From NCBI GenBank assembly GCA_934131175.1, contig CAKOZD010000016.1:8302-40301 (forward strand): a stretch of DNA of 32,000 nucleotides, given 5' to 3'. Under the pieces are notes generated by a model, which saw nothing but the letters and a program-made list of their open reading frames with translations, did no database searches and was not told the DNA's origin. Each line of letters begins with the position of its first letter. The stretch's first letter is position 1. This document shows, one piece after another, positions 18,519 to 26,619 of this stretch. The position numbers and the translations under genes were made by a program. The stretch comes from an uncultured Bacilli bacterium. GTDB lineage: Bacteria; Bacillota_I; Bacilli_A; RF39; UBA660.

Positions 18519-18591
18519 ATGCATCCTCCATACTACAAAATTATAACATAATCTATAGTGAATTTTATATGAAATTTTTACAATAAAAAGC

Positions 18592-18610
18592 CAATGTATT
18601 TTCTACATTG
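18592..18610 (-). terminator. intrinsic terminator after gpmI
   Basis: Stem CAATGTA / TACATTG with a 5-nt loop and a short T-run on the minus strand. Confidence 0.5.
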
Positions 18611-18619
18611 ACTATTTTT

Positions 18620-20143
18620 TTATTTTCTTATCAAACTATTTCCAGTCATTTCTTTAGGAATTGGTAATCCAATAAGCTCAAGCATTGTTGGGGCAATATC
18701 TGCAAGTTTACCATCATTTAATTCAATTCCTTCTTTTGTAATAATACATGGTACTGGATTTGTTGTATGTGAAGTTACTGGTTTATGTTCACTATCCCAC
18801 ATCATATCACAGTTTCCGTGATCGGCAATTATTAATAATATTCCACCAAGCTCTTCAACTGTACGCTTATATATTTTTGCAAGACACTTATCCATATCTT
18901 CTACAGCCTCAACTGCAGCTTCATATACACCTGTATGTCCAACCATATCACCATTTGCAAGATTCATTATTGTTACATCATAGTTTCCTACTTCTTTTAA
19001 GAAATTATCTGTTACCTCATAAACACTCATTTCTGGTTTTAAGTCATATGTTGCTACTTTTGGAGAAGGTATTAATATCTTTTTTATATCATCATATTCA
19101 ACTTCTTTTCCTCCATCAAAGAAGAATGTTACATGTGGATATTTCTCTGTCTCAGCAATTCTTAATTGACTAACTCCATTATTATGTAGATAGTCTACTA
19201 AAATATTTTTTAAATCTAAGTCATTAAATGCATGTGGAGAAAGTACTGTTTCAGTAACAGGATACATTGTTAGTGTTTTTAAATTATTATAAGTTATTAC
19301 ATTTAACCCTTTTTCACTTGCTTGTTCTTTGTAAGCTTCAGGATTTGATAATAAAGTAAACATTTCTCTAATTCTATCTTTTCTAAAATTAAATGTTATT
19401 ACTCCATCATTATCTTTAATTGGACATTTATTGATAATTCCAGGAATTACAAATTCATCATATACTTCTTTTTGATAATTCTCATCAATTAGTTCTTTAT
19501 AATTATTATAAACAGGGCCTTCACCATAGCATATTGCATCATATGAAAGTTTTACTCTGTCATAATTATTATCTCTATCCATTCCATAATATCTTCCAGA
19601 AATTGTTGCTATTTTACCAATTTTAATTTCATCTAATTTTTTTTGTAAAATGTCTAAATATTTAATAGCACTCTTTTCATATGTGTCTCTTCCATCTAAC
19701 ATAACATCAATATACACATTTTCTACATTATTTTCTTTACAAATATCTAATAGTGCTAATAAATGATTTATATGAGAATGTACTCCTCCATCACTTAATA
19801 ATCCCATAATATGTAAATTTGAATTATTTTCTTTTACATGATTTAATACATCTAATATTTTTTCATTTTTATTTAATTCTTTTGATTCAATTGATTGTGT
19901 TATTGCTTGAAGTGGTTGTAGAGCAATTCTTCCTGAACCTAAATTCATATGTCCTACTTCACTTGTTCCCATTTGTCCTTCAGGTAAACCAACAGATGGC
20001 CCACTTGCTTGTAATATTGAATGTGGATATTTATTAACTAACATATCTAATGTTGGCTTTGAAGCATTTTTAAAAGCATTACCATCACTTTCTTCTCTTA
20101 TACCACAACCATCTAAAATACATAAAACTACTGGTTTGTTCAT
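18620..20143 (-). CDS. gpmI: 2,3-bisphosphoglycerate-independent phosphoglycerate mutase
   Basis: KPVVLCILDGCG, SEVGHMNLGSGR, DGGVHSH and ADHGN motifs. AGGAGG (20150-20155) sits 6 nt before the ATG at 20143, so the ORF-track start at 20191 is an over-extension. Confidence 0.9.
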   Translation of the reverse strand: MNKPVVLCILDGCGIREESDGNAFKNASKPTLDMLVNKYPHSILQASGPSVGLPEGQMGTSEVGHMNLGSGRIALQPLQAITQSIESKELNKNEKILDVLNHVKENNSNLHIMGLLSDGGVHSHINHLLALLDICKENNVENVYIDVMLDGRDTYEKSAIKYLDILQKKLDEIKIGKIATISGRYYGMDRDNNYDRVKLSYDAICYGEGPVYNNYKELIDENYQKEVYDEFVIPGIINKCPIKDNDGVITFNFRKDRIREMFTLLSNPEAYKEQASEKGLNVITYNNLKTLTMYPVTETVLSPHAFNDLDLKNILVDYLHNNGVSQLRIAETEKYPHVTFFFDGGKEVEYDDIKKILIPSPKVATYDLKPEMSVYEVTDNFLKEVGNYDVTIMNLANGDMVGHTGVYEAAVEAVEDMDKCLAKIYKRTVEELGGILLIIADHGNCDMMWDSEHKPVTSHTTNPVPCIITKEGIELNDGKLADIAPTMLELIGLPIPKEMTGNSLIRK

Positions 20144-20226
20144 ATTCATCCTCCTATTTCTAAAATACATTAATATTATACCACTTTCCAATAAAAGAAT
20201 AAAAGAAATTTAAAAAGAAGAGTTCT

Positions 20227-20709
20227 TTACTCTTCCTCTAATGCAGTTATCTCTTCTTCTGTTAGATTAGTAAGCTCAGATATTAAAGATTTATCCATTT
20301 TCTTCTTTAACATATTCTTTGCTATTTCTATTTTTTCTTCTCTTTTTCCTTCATCTTTCAATGCCCATTCCTTGTCATAGGCTTCTCCAAATCCATCTTC
20401 AAAGCTTACTTCTTCTGCTTCTTTTAGATATTCATTCATAACTTTCTCATCACCCAAACCTTTTAGTTTATCTAAGTCCATATCTACTAGTGCTAGAATA
20501 TATTTTTCTCTTTCACTAAGACTTTTTTCACCTTCATTATACCATTTCTTTCTTAGGTTTGGTACATATATTTGTATGAATACTAATTTATCACTTAAAA
20601 CTAAAATATATACACTTTTATACTTTTTCAAATGCAAATTAATTATAGTTTTAAACCATAATCTTTTTCGCCTAGTAACATAATTAAAATTTTTAATAGA
20701 ACAAATCAT
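20227..20709 (-). pseudogene. 5'-truncated Rpn-family (PD-(D/E)XK nuclease/putative transposase) gene fragment
   Basis: Only the C-terminal half is recognisable (DKLVFIQIYVPNL ... KIEIAKNMLKKKMDKSLISELTNLTEEEI). The N-terminal nuclease domain is absent. The stop lies inside a terminator hairpin GAAGAGT/ACTCTTC followed by a T-run. Confidence 0.5.
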
Positions 20710-20724
20710 TTCAAAAAATAAAAA

Positions 20725-20857
20725 TTATTTTAAGCAGATTAATTGCTTGATACATATTAAATAATAAGTAAAAGTGTTTCTATGTACTTTGATTTTTTAG
20801 ACATAGTATTTTTTTAAAAGTACAGTAGAAAGGGTTTTATTAATCTGCTTAAAATAA
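20725..20857 (-). repeat. 19-bp perfect inverted repeat enclosing about 95 nt with an inner stem
   Basis: TTATTTTAAGCAGATTAAT (20725-20743) pairs with ATTAATCTGCTTAAAATAA (20839-20857). The inner stem is TGTACTTT (20783-20790) / AAAGTACA (20817-20824). A T-rich run follows on the minus strand. Confidence 0.6.
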
Positions 20858-20878
20858 CTTCTATTAATAAAAGTCATT

Positions 20879-20959
20879 TTGAGAATAATGATTAAAGTCG
20901 TAATATAATAAAAATAGAAGAATCAGATACAAAGATTCTTAATAAATCATTATTCTCAA
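20879..20959 (-). repeat. 15-bp perfect inverted repeat with a nested hairpin
   Basis: TTGAGAATAATGATT (20879-20893) pairs with AATCATTATTCTCAA (20945-20959). The inner hairpin is AAGAATC (20918-20924) / GATTCTT (20934-20940). The structure begins 12 nt after the stop of the last DGR gene. Confidence 0.6.
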
Positions 20960-20970
20960 GATAATTTCTA

Positions 20971-21384
20971 TTATTTAGAAATATTTTGTAAGAATCCTTT
21001 AATTTTTTCATAATTATTGAAATCAATATTAAGAGATTTATTAATTAAACTAATTAACTCTTCTCTATTTAAATTCTTGTCATAACTATTATTAGATAGT
21101 GCTTTATAATGATTATAATTATCAAAATCACCATTTACTTTTTCAATAATATTGTCTTTAGAGCAAACAAGAAAAGCTAAATCAATACGTCTTAATTTAT
21201 CAAGAACTTTATCATAAGAATTAAGACCAAATGATGTACAATTATTTATATATTTATATTCAAAGAGATACCATAATATTAAAGCATCATCATTATATGT
21301 TTTATAAAATATTCCTTCTTTAACAAGAATTATTGAATGTTTGTATTGTTCCTTATACATGTCATATAAATCTTTTGATTTCAT
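20971..21384 (-). CDS. small MutS-domain-I-like protein, candidate DGR accessory factor
   Basis: ILVKEGIFYKTYNDDA...SFGLNSYDKVLDKLRRIDLAFLVCSK aligns by eye with MutS [17 protein letters not shown]...[28 protein letters not shown]. The ATG at 21384 lies 4 nt after the RT stop. Confidence 0.55.
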   Translation of the reverse strand: MKSKDLYDMYKEQYKHSIILVKEGIFYKTYNDDALILWYLFEYKYINNCTSFGLNSYDKVLDKLRRIDLAFLVCSKDNIIEKVNGDFDNYNHYKALSNNSYDKNLNREELISLINKSLNIDFNNYEKIKGFLQNISK

Positions 21385-21388
21385 AAAC

Positions 21389-22522
21389 CTAGTTCCCTTC
21401 TTCAAGAAAAAATTTATTCTTGTATACAAAATTATTAGTAGTTGATACTTTAAAATACCCATTATAACTAGCAAGAGATTTCTTATAAAAATTAATATTA
21501 TTTTTTCTTGCTTTTCTTAACTTTCTTTTTATTTTCTTACGTGTTTGATTATTAAGTAAAATAATTAATTTTTTATTTTTTAAAATAAATTTATATCCTA
21601 AAAAATTCACTCCACTCTTTAAATTATAAATCTGTGTTTTCTTATTAAGAGATAACTTAAGAGAAGATAACTTTTTATTAATTAAATTTAGACATTTCTT
21701 TAAATATTCTTTATCATGATGAATTAAAATGAAATCATCCATATATCTAATGTAATACTTAATATGAAGATGTTCTTTTATATAATGATCAAGTTCATTC
21801 AAATAATAAATAGCAAGTAATTGACTTGTCTCATTACCAATAGGTAAACCTTTTCCTTTATGATACCTTGGTAGACTATAGAGTTGTTTTTTTCTTAACT
21901 CTAAATCATAAATATTCATATCTTCTAAGTGAGATATTTCTCTATTTATAGAACTATCTATTAAATCATTTATATAGCCATTATCAGTACTATTAATTAT
22001 ATTAATTAAAATCTTTAAAATATCTTTATCAAAATTTTCATGAGATAACTTATTAATTAATATTTCATGATCAATATTATAAAAGTACTTACTAATATCA
22101 CATTTTAAAATATAAACATTATCATAATTTTCTTTAATAGAATTAATATATTTTTTCATATATCTAATTCCTTCTTTAGAACCTTTTCCAGTTCTTGTAG
22201 CAACATTTTGTTCAATTAACTTTCTTGATAAAGTTGGTATTAAAACATATTTACTTATTAAGTGATTAACTATTTTATCATACATTAATTCACTCATTAT
22301 AATTCTATACTTAGGTTCTTTAATTATAAAAATATTATATTTAAGATGACTATAATGTTTGTTATTTAAAGTATTATATATCTTAACAATATTAGATGTT
22401 TTAGTTAATTCAAATCTTACTAGTTTTGCTTTATGACATGTATTTTTATAGATACCATCATATACATCTTTTATTTTATTAATAGAAACAATATCATTAT
22501 AAGAAATACTATATTTATTCAT
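21389..22522 (-). CDS. DGR-type reverse transcriptase
   Basis: RT motifs CDISKYFYNIDH, LPIGNETSQ (DGR-specific [I/L]GxxxSQ), YIRYMDDFIL (YxDD) and VNFLGYKF. It lies next to Avd and the TR/VR pair. Confidence 0.9.
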   Translation of the reverse strand: MNKYSISYNDIVSINKIKDVYDGIYKNTCHKAKLVRFELTKTSNIVKIYNTLNNKHYSHLKYNIFIIKEPKYRIIMSELMYDKIVNHLISKYVLIPTLSRKLIEQNVATRTGKGSKEGIRYMKKYINSIKENYDNVYILKCDISKYFYNIDHEILINKLSHENFDKDILKILINIINSTDNGYINDLIDSSINREISHLEDMNIYDLELRKKQLYSLPRYHKGKGLPIGNETSQLLAIYYLNELDHYIKEHLHIKYYIRYMDDFILIHHDKEYLKKCLNLINKKLSSLKLSLNKKTQIYNLKSGVNFLGYKFILKNKKLIILLNNQTRKKIKRKLRKARKNNINFYKKSLASYNGYFKVSTTNNFVYKNKFFLEEGN

Positions 22523-22910
22523 TTACAAGTTTATATTCCTTAGAATCTTTTTTATAAACATATTTCTTTAATGTAGCATTGTCTAATATTTTATTGATTG
22601 TTTTTGAATTATAATTATTAAGTACCTTACCATCTAAATCATAAACAATATTATTTTCAACATAAGCTTCTTTAGTAAACATAATAATATTTTCAGAATT
22701 ATCATTAGAATAACCATATAACTTAGAAATATATTTTCTAGTAGATGTATCAACATTATTATCTTTTATATTATTATATAAATTATAAACAACTTTATAT
22801 TTTACTACTTTATTTTTATTACCTTTCTTAGTATCTGATAAGAAAGATATTGTGACTAGTACAAGTATTATTACTAGACTTATAAATATTAATTTTTGTA
22901 TTTTATTCAT
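22515..22910 (-). CDS. small protein with an N-terminal membrane anchor, function unknown
   Basis: One N-terminal TM helix (LIFISLVIILVLVTISFL). It overlaps the avd stop by 8 nt and the RT start by 8 nt, which suggests translational coupling. Confidence 0.5.
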   Translation of the reverse strand: MNKIQKLIFISLVIILVLVTISFLSDTKKGNKNKVVKYKVVYNLYNNIKDNNVDTSTRKYISKLYGYSNDNSENIIMFTKEAYVENNIVYDLDGKVLNNYNSKTINKILDNATLKKYVYKKDSKEYKLVNE

Positions 22911-23256
22911 TAATAGTCACCTCTTTTTTTCGTAGTGCTTTAGTCATAGCAATTATTTCTGATAAGAAATTACCTATAACAATATATTTCTTTTCACTTA
23001 TAATTTTTTTATCATGACTTATATTTATATAAAAATTTAACATTGATATAGATATTAATAAGTCTTTTAAGTTTTTATCTTTTATTCTTATTGAATCATT
23101 TATGTTGTATGAGTAGATATTTTTTATTAATTCATAACAGGTTTGTTCTATGTTATTTTTTAATACTACTTCTTTTTTAGGATAATCAACTAAGACTTTA
23201 TTAATGTAGTTTATTGTTTTATATGATTTATCTAATATTTTGAAATTTGTTTTCAT
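22903..23256 (-). CDS. avd: Avd-like four-helix-bundle protein (DGR accessory variability determinant)
   Basis: About 117 aa, helical and basic, with the pattern DYPKKE..L...IEQ....L...I..N ... LKDLL..ISMLNFYINIS..KK.IS.KKY...GNFLSEI. GGAG (23264-23267) sits 7 nt before the ATG at 23256. Confidence 0.7.
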   Translation of the reverse strand: MKTNFKILDKSYKTINYINKVLVDYPKKEVVLKNNIEQTCYELIKNIYSYNINDSIRIKDKNLKDLLISISMLNFYINISHDKKIISEKKYIVIGNFLSEIIAMTKALRKKEVTINE

Positions 23257-23510
23257 ATTGTTTCTCCATAATGTGGCAAAAGAAACTAAGATGATATTCT
23301 TGATGAATCTTTTCCACTGATATAGCAATAGTTAATTAATCTCTTGTTAAATAACGTCTATACCTTGTTTTTAGCACAGTGGCATGGGACTAACCTTGTT
23401 TCCAATCTAGATATGATTATTGCTAATGCAACTACTTCCTCTAAGTATCAGCCATGACCAATACTATGCGGTTCATTAGTTATAATAATTACTAATTTGT
23501 AGTAGGAAAT
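23257..23510 (-). ncRNA. non-coding segment 3' of the template repeats (candidate spacer/priming region of the DGR RNA)
   Basis: No ORF and less AT-rich than its surroundings. It contains UUAGUCCCA (23393-23385), complementary to the UGGGACUAA that precedes each TR. Confidence 0.35.
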
Positions 23511-23618
23511 TGGGCGAACGCTGTAGCCGTTACCAGTGTTGTTGTTCGTAAGCTCGCCTGAAGAATTCACGTTGAACTCGTTCGCATTACCCCAATTGTT
23601 GAAGATGGACGGCGACAT
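23511..23618 (-). repeat. DGR template repeat TR-1 (36 codons, no cognate VR in this window)
   Basis: It encodes MSPSIFNNWGNANEFNVNSSGELTNNNTGNGYSVRP with 10 AAY codons. It has the same 5' leader and the same termini as TR-2, but a different interior. Confidence 0.75.
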
Positions 23619-23663
23619 GCACTCATCTGACCACTAATTAGATTAGTCCCAAATTTTGGAAAT

Positions 23664-23775
23664 TGGGCGAACGCCGTAGCCGTTATTGACATTACCCCAT
23701 TCGTTCAACTCGCCGGAAGACGTCACATTCAACTCGTTAGCGTTGCCATTGTTGTTGAAGTTGGACGGCGACATG
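23664..23775 (-). repeat. DGR template repeat TR-2 (cognate of the VR)
   Basis: It aligns with 23939-24050 at an offset of 275. There are 20 mismatches, all at template adenines on the coding strand. It encodes MSPSNFNNNGNANELNVTSSGELNEWGNVNNGYGVRP. Confidence 0.9.
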
Positions 23776-23863
23776 CACTCATCTGACCACTAATTAGATT
23801 AGTCCCAATTTTTTCATTCCCTCAATGATGAGTCATTTCGGGACAAGTTGTTTTCTTTTCTTA

Positions 23864-26602
23864 TTATTCAATAACATATGGATCCTCCTTCGTTCCTGAA
23901 CCTGTGAACTGAAGATTTGAAGAATCTAGATTGATCACTGGGCGAACGCCGTAGCCGCCACCGACAAAACCCCATACGCCCAACTCGCCGGAAGACGCCA
24001 CAGACAACTCGCGAGCGCCGCCATTGACGTAGAAGTGGGACGGCGACATGGTCCAATAATAGGTACCGGTATACAAATAGAATAATTGATTTTTATAACT
24101 TGTTCTTGCTCCTGCCATGTTAACTTCATCTGCTGTTATTAAACCAATTGGACTTGTTAATTTTTTGTTACCGATTGTACTATTTGTTGTTGTAAATTTA
24201 TCATTAACATTTGAACATGTTAATCTTGGTCCAGTCATTCTTCCACCCCATGAGTAGAACCTTTCATATCCATATATTGTTGGTACTGCTCCATATCCTG
24301 AATTTTGATAAGTACCACTTTTTATTGTAGATATTTCCCTATCGTTACAGAATGATGAGTTTGTTGCAATTTTATCACTATAACTTGATAAATTGTTTTT
24401 ATACCAGTTTTCTAAATATGTTTTCATATTACTATTTGTTGTATTTGATATAGCATTTTCAAGTGATGGTGATGCATACTCTACTGCTTTTACATTCATA
24501 GATGTTGGACTTACATACTTATCAACATGATTCAATCTTTGACTAGTCGATGTTGATGATGTTCCAAAAACTGTATATAATTTATCATTCGCATGCTTAG
24601 TGTTATATTCTGATAATGTCATTGCTTCAAGTGTTCCACTCAACTTAAATGCATTGTTATTTTTATCAAATGTATATTCTGTTCCAAAATAATATTTTGC
24701 TGTTGCAGACAATCCTGAATAAGTAAAAGCATAGGTCCATTCTTTTATTTCATTTGTACTGGTGTCTCCATACATATATCCAACATAAGCATTATCACTC
24801 CATCTAGAATTAAATGCACTTGTTCCTACTTGTCTATTACTACTTGATTCACCATTTGCATGAGGAGATGTTCCATCATAAATTAATCTTACTGAATTAT
24901 CTCCATTTATTCTTATAATTCTCCAATATTTGTTTGCAAACTTAACATAGTTTCCTCCAACTATTCCTCTATAATAATAACTTGTTCCTTCATCATCAGC
25001 TGTTGAATAAAGACCTGATTCTGAATTATCATAACTTAGAATTGCTGATGAATAATTATATTTAGTCAAAGTATAAGTCACTTGTTGAGTCGTCTGGTTG
25101 GTAGATGACGTTGCACTAGTTAACAAATACATTGTGTCACAAGACGTACTTGTATTTCCACATGTATAATATGTTCCATTAGAATAATCTTTGGTTGTTG
25201 GGTCTACCAATGTTGCACTCTTTAAAGTATATTTCCCAGTTGACTCTTGGAATGTGTAACCAGTATTTGTATCTGTTACTTGTGAAATATAAATATATGA
25301 CGAAGTTGATAGCGTTGATGTTTGTGTTGCATGTATTTCATTATATTTTATAGCTGGACTTGTAACATTAAAATTAGGTGTACCTTTATTTACAATTTCT
25401 TGCTTTGCTTCAGTAACATTTGTATTTTTTTGTTCTGTTGCAATTATACAATCTGAGAAATTAGTTAAATTGTTCTTCTCACACCAACTTTTATGTCTTA
25501 TTGTTGTACTCTTAGCAGTTATTTCAGATATATTTCCTGCAATATCTTCAGCATAAACTGTTGCTAAATAATCTCCTTCATCTAAACTTGTAAATGTATA
25601 ATTAGGAAATTCACTTTCAACATAAGTAGTTCCACTATCTTTACTATAGTAATATTTACTAATTCCACTAAATGAATCTTTTGCATCTACTGTAATTGTC
25701 ATAGTATCATCATTAGGTTCAATAGTAACTGTAGATATAGTTGGTTTCTCATTATCAACTTTATATTTATTACTACATCTGCTATATTCATTACCTTTAC
25801 TATCAACTGCTTTAAAACACGCCACTTGATAATCTTTATTATTTGAAAAAGCAATATTGTATTTATTGTTTGTTTTTGTTATCTCTTTTTCTGGTACACA
25901 TACTTCATCAGTTGTTACACAATATTTTGCATAAGCAATTTTTGTATCATCTAATACTTCAAAATTAAGAGATAATGTTTTATACCAATCTTCATTTCCT
26001 AATTCATGGTCGCCTAAATCATATTTAATTCTTGTACCATTTCCTGTACCATCATCTTGTACATAATTAAGAGTAAAACTTAATTTTGCATTTATATCAT
26101 TTGGAGCGTAATTATTTCCATCCTTATATTTTATCTCTATTTTTAATGTCTCTTTTGAATCTTTTTTTAATAAGTCTTTTTCTTTTATTTCATTTCCATC
26201 CGAATATTTAATTGAATATTCTAAATATTTTTGTTGTTCTTCAGTTAATTCTGTTTTAAATATTTCTGTTAGCATAGCATCAATTGATCCTGAATTAACT
26301 ACATCAACATCAAATGAATATTTATCTCCTGGACTTTCTAACGATATATCCATTGATATTGTTGTATCATTAACAATCTTTGCTGGTGTAGTTGCTTCTA
26401 CATTTCCATCATCAAATTTTATATTTGAAAAATGAATGTTCCAAGATGTTTTTGCTATATTTGCTGTTCCAGCTAATTTTAAATTACTACTTAGATATGC
26501 ATATCCTACGCCTATAGTTGACCAAGCAAATAAGATTAACGCAAAGATAAGTAATTTTTTACTATTTTTTATTGAAAAGTATTTATTTATCTTTCGTTTC
26601 AC
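23864..26602 (-). CDS. DGR target: secreted multidomain protein (TasA/camelysin-like N-terminal domain, Ig-like domain, C-terminal variable ligand-binding module)
   Basis: GTG start at 26602. The signal-anchor ends in GVGYA. The LESPGDKYSFDVDVVNSGSIDA motif is present. An Ig-like repeat lies around DNEKPTISTVTIEPNDDTMTITVDAKD. The C-terminus contains the VR. Confidence 0.85.
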   Translation of the reverse strand: MKRKINKYFSIKNSKKLLIFALILFAWSTIGVGYAYLSSNLKLAGTANIAKTSWNIHFSNIKFDDGNVEATTPAKIVNDTTISMDISLESPGDKYSFDVDVVNSGSIDAMLTEIFKTELTEEQQKYLEYSIKYSDGNEIKEKDLLKKDSKETLKIEIKYKDGNNYAPNDINAKLSFTLNYVQDDGTGNGTRIKYDLGDHELGNEDWYKTLSLNFEVLDDTKIAYAKYCVTTDEVCVPEKEITKTNNKYNIAFSNNKDYQVACFKAVDSKGNEYSRCSNKYKVDNEKPTISTVTIEPNDDTMTITVDAKDSFSGISKYYYSKDSGTTYVESEFPNYTFTSLDEGDYLATVYAEDIAGNISEITAKSTTIRHKSWCEKNNLTNFSDCIIATEQKNTNVTEAKQEIVNKGTPNFNVTSPAIKYNEIHATQTSTLSTSSYIYISQVTDTNTGYTFQESTGKYTLKSATLVDPTTKDYSNGTYYTCGNTSTSCDTMYLLTSATSSTNQTTQQVTYTLTKYNYSSAILSYDNSESGLYSTADDEGTSYYYRGIVGGNYVKFANKYWRIIRINGDNSVRLIYDGTSPHANGESSSNRQVGTSAFNSRWSDNAYVGYMYGDTSTNEIKEWTYAFTYSGLSATAKYYFGTEYTFDKNNNAFKLSGTLEAMTLSEYNTKHANDKLYTVFGTSSTSTSQRLNHVDKYVSPTSMNVKAVEYASPSLENAISNTTNSNMKTYLENWYKNNLSSYSDKIATNSSFCNDREISTIKSGTYQNSGYGAVPTIYGYERFYSWGGRMTGPRLTCSNVNDKFTTTNSTIGNKKLTSPIGLITADEVNMAGARTSYKNQLFYLYTGTYYWTMSPSHFYVNGGARELSVASSGELGVWGFVGGGYGVRPVINLDSSNLQFTGSGTKEDPYVIE
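23939..24050 (-). repeat. DGR variable repeat (VR)
   Basis: It encodes MSPSHFYVNGGARELSVASSGELGVWGFVGGGYGVRP, ending about 25 codons before the target's stop. By hand count it is about 65 percent GC. Confidence 0.9.
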
Positions 26603-26619
26603 GCAAAATCATCTCCTTT

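Noticed and set aside
21389-22522. The reverse transcriptase could belong to a retron or a group II intron.
   Set aside because: Motif 4 reads IGNETSQ, which is the DGR signature, not the QGxxxSP type. An Avd gene and a TR/VR pair are adjacent. There is no maturase or endonuclease extension, no intron-like RNA domains, and no msr/msd-like repeats next to the RT.
23505-23810. The tandem repeat of about 153 bp could be a CRISPR array or a simple satellite.
   Set aside because: There are only two units, with no short repeat/spacer periodicity. The units are protein-template-like and one matches the 3' end of the neighbouring gene with A-only mismatches, so they are DGR template repeats.
23923-23932. 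The palindrome AATCTAGATT just 3' of the VR could be the hairpin or cruciform that assists homing.
   Set aside because: It is only 10 bp, AT-rich and has no loop, so it is too weak to call from sequence alone.
23868-24129. Two Arg/Ala/Cys-rich ORFs appear in other frames (23868..24056 and 23935..24129).
   Set aside because: They are artefacts of the GC-rich VR lacking stop codons in alternative frames. They lie entirely within the well-supported target CDS.
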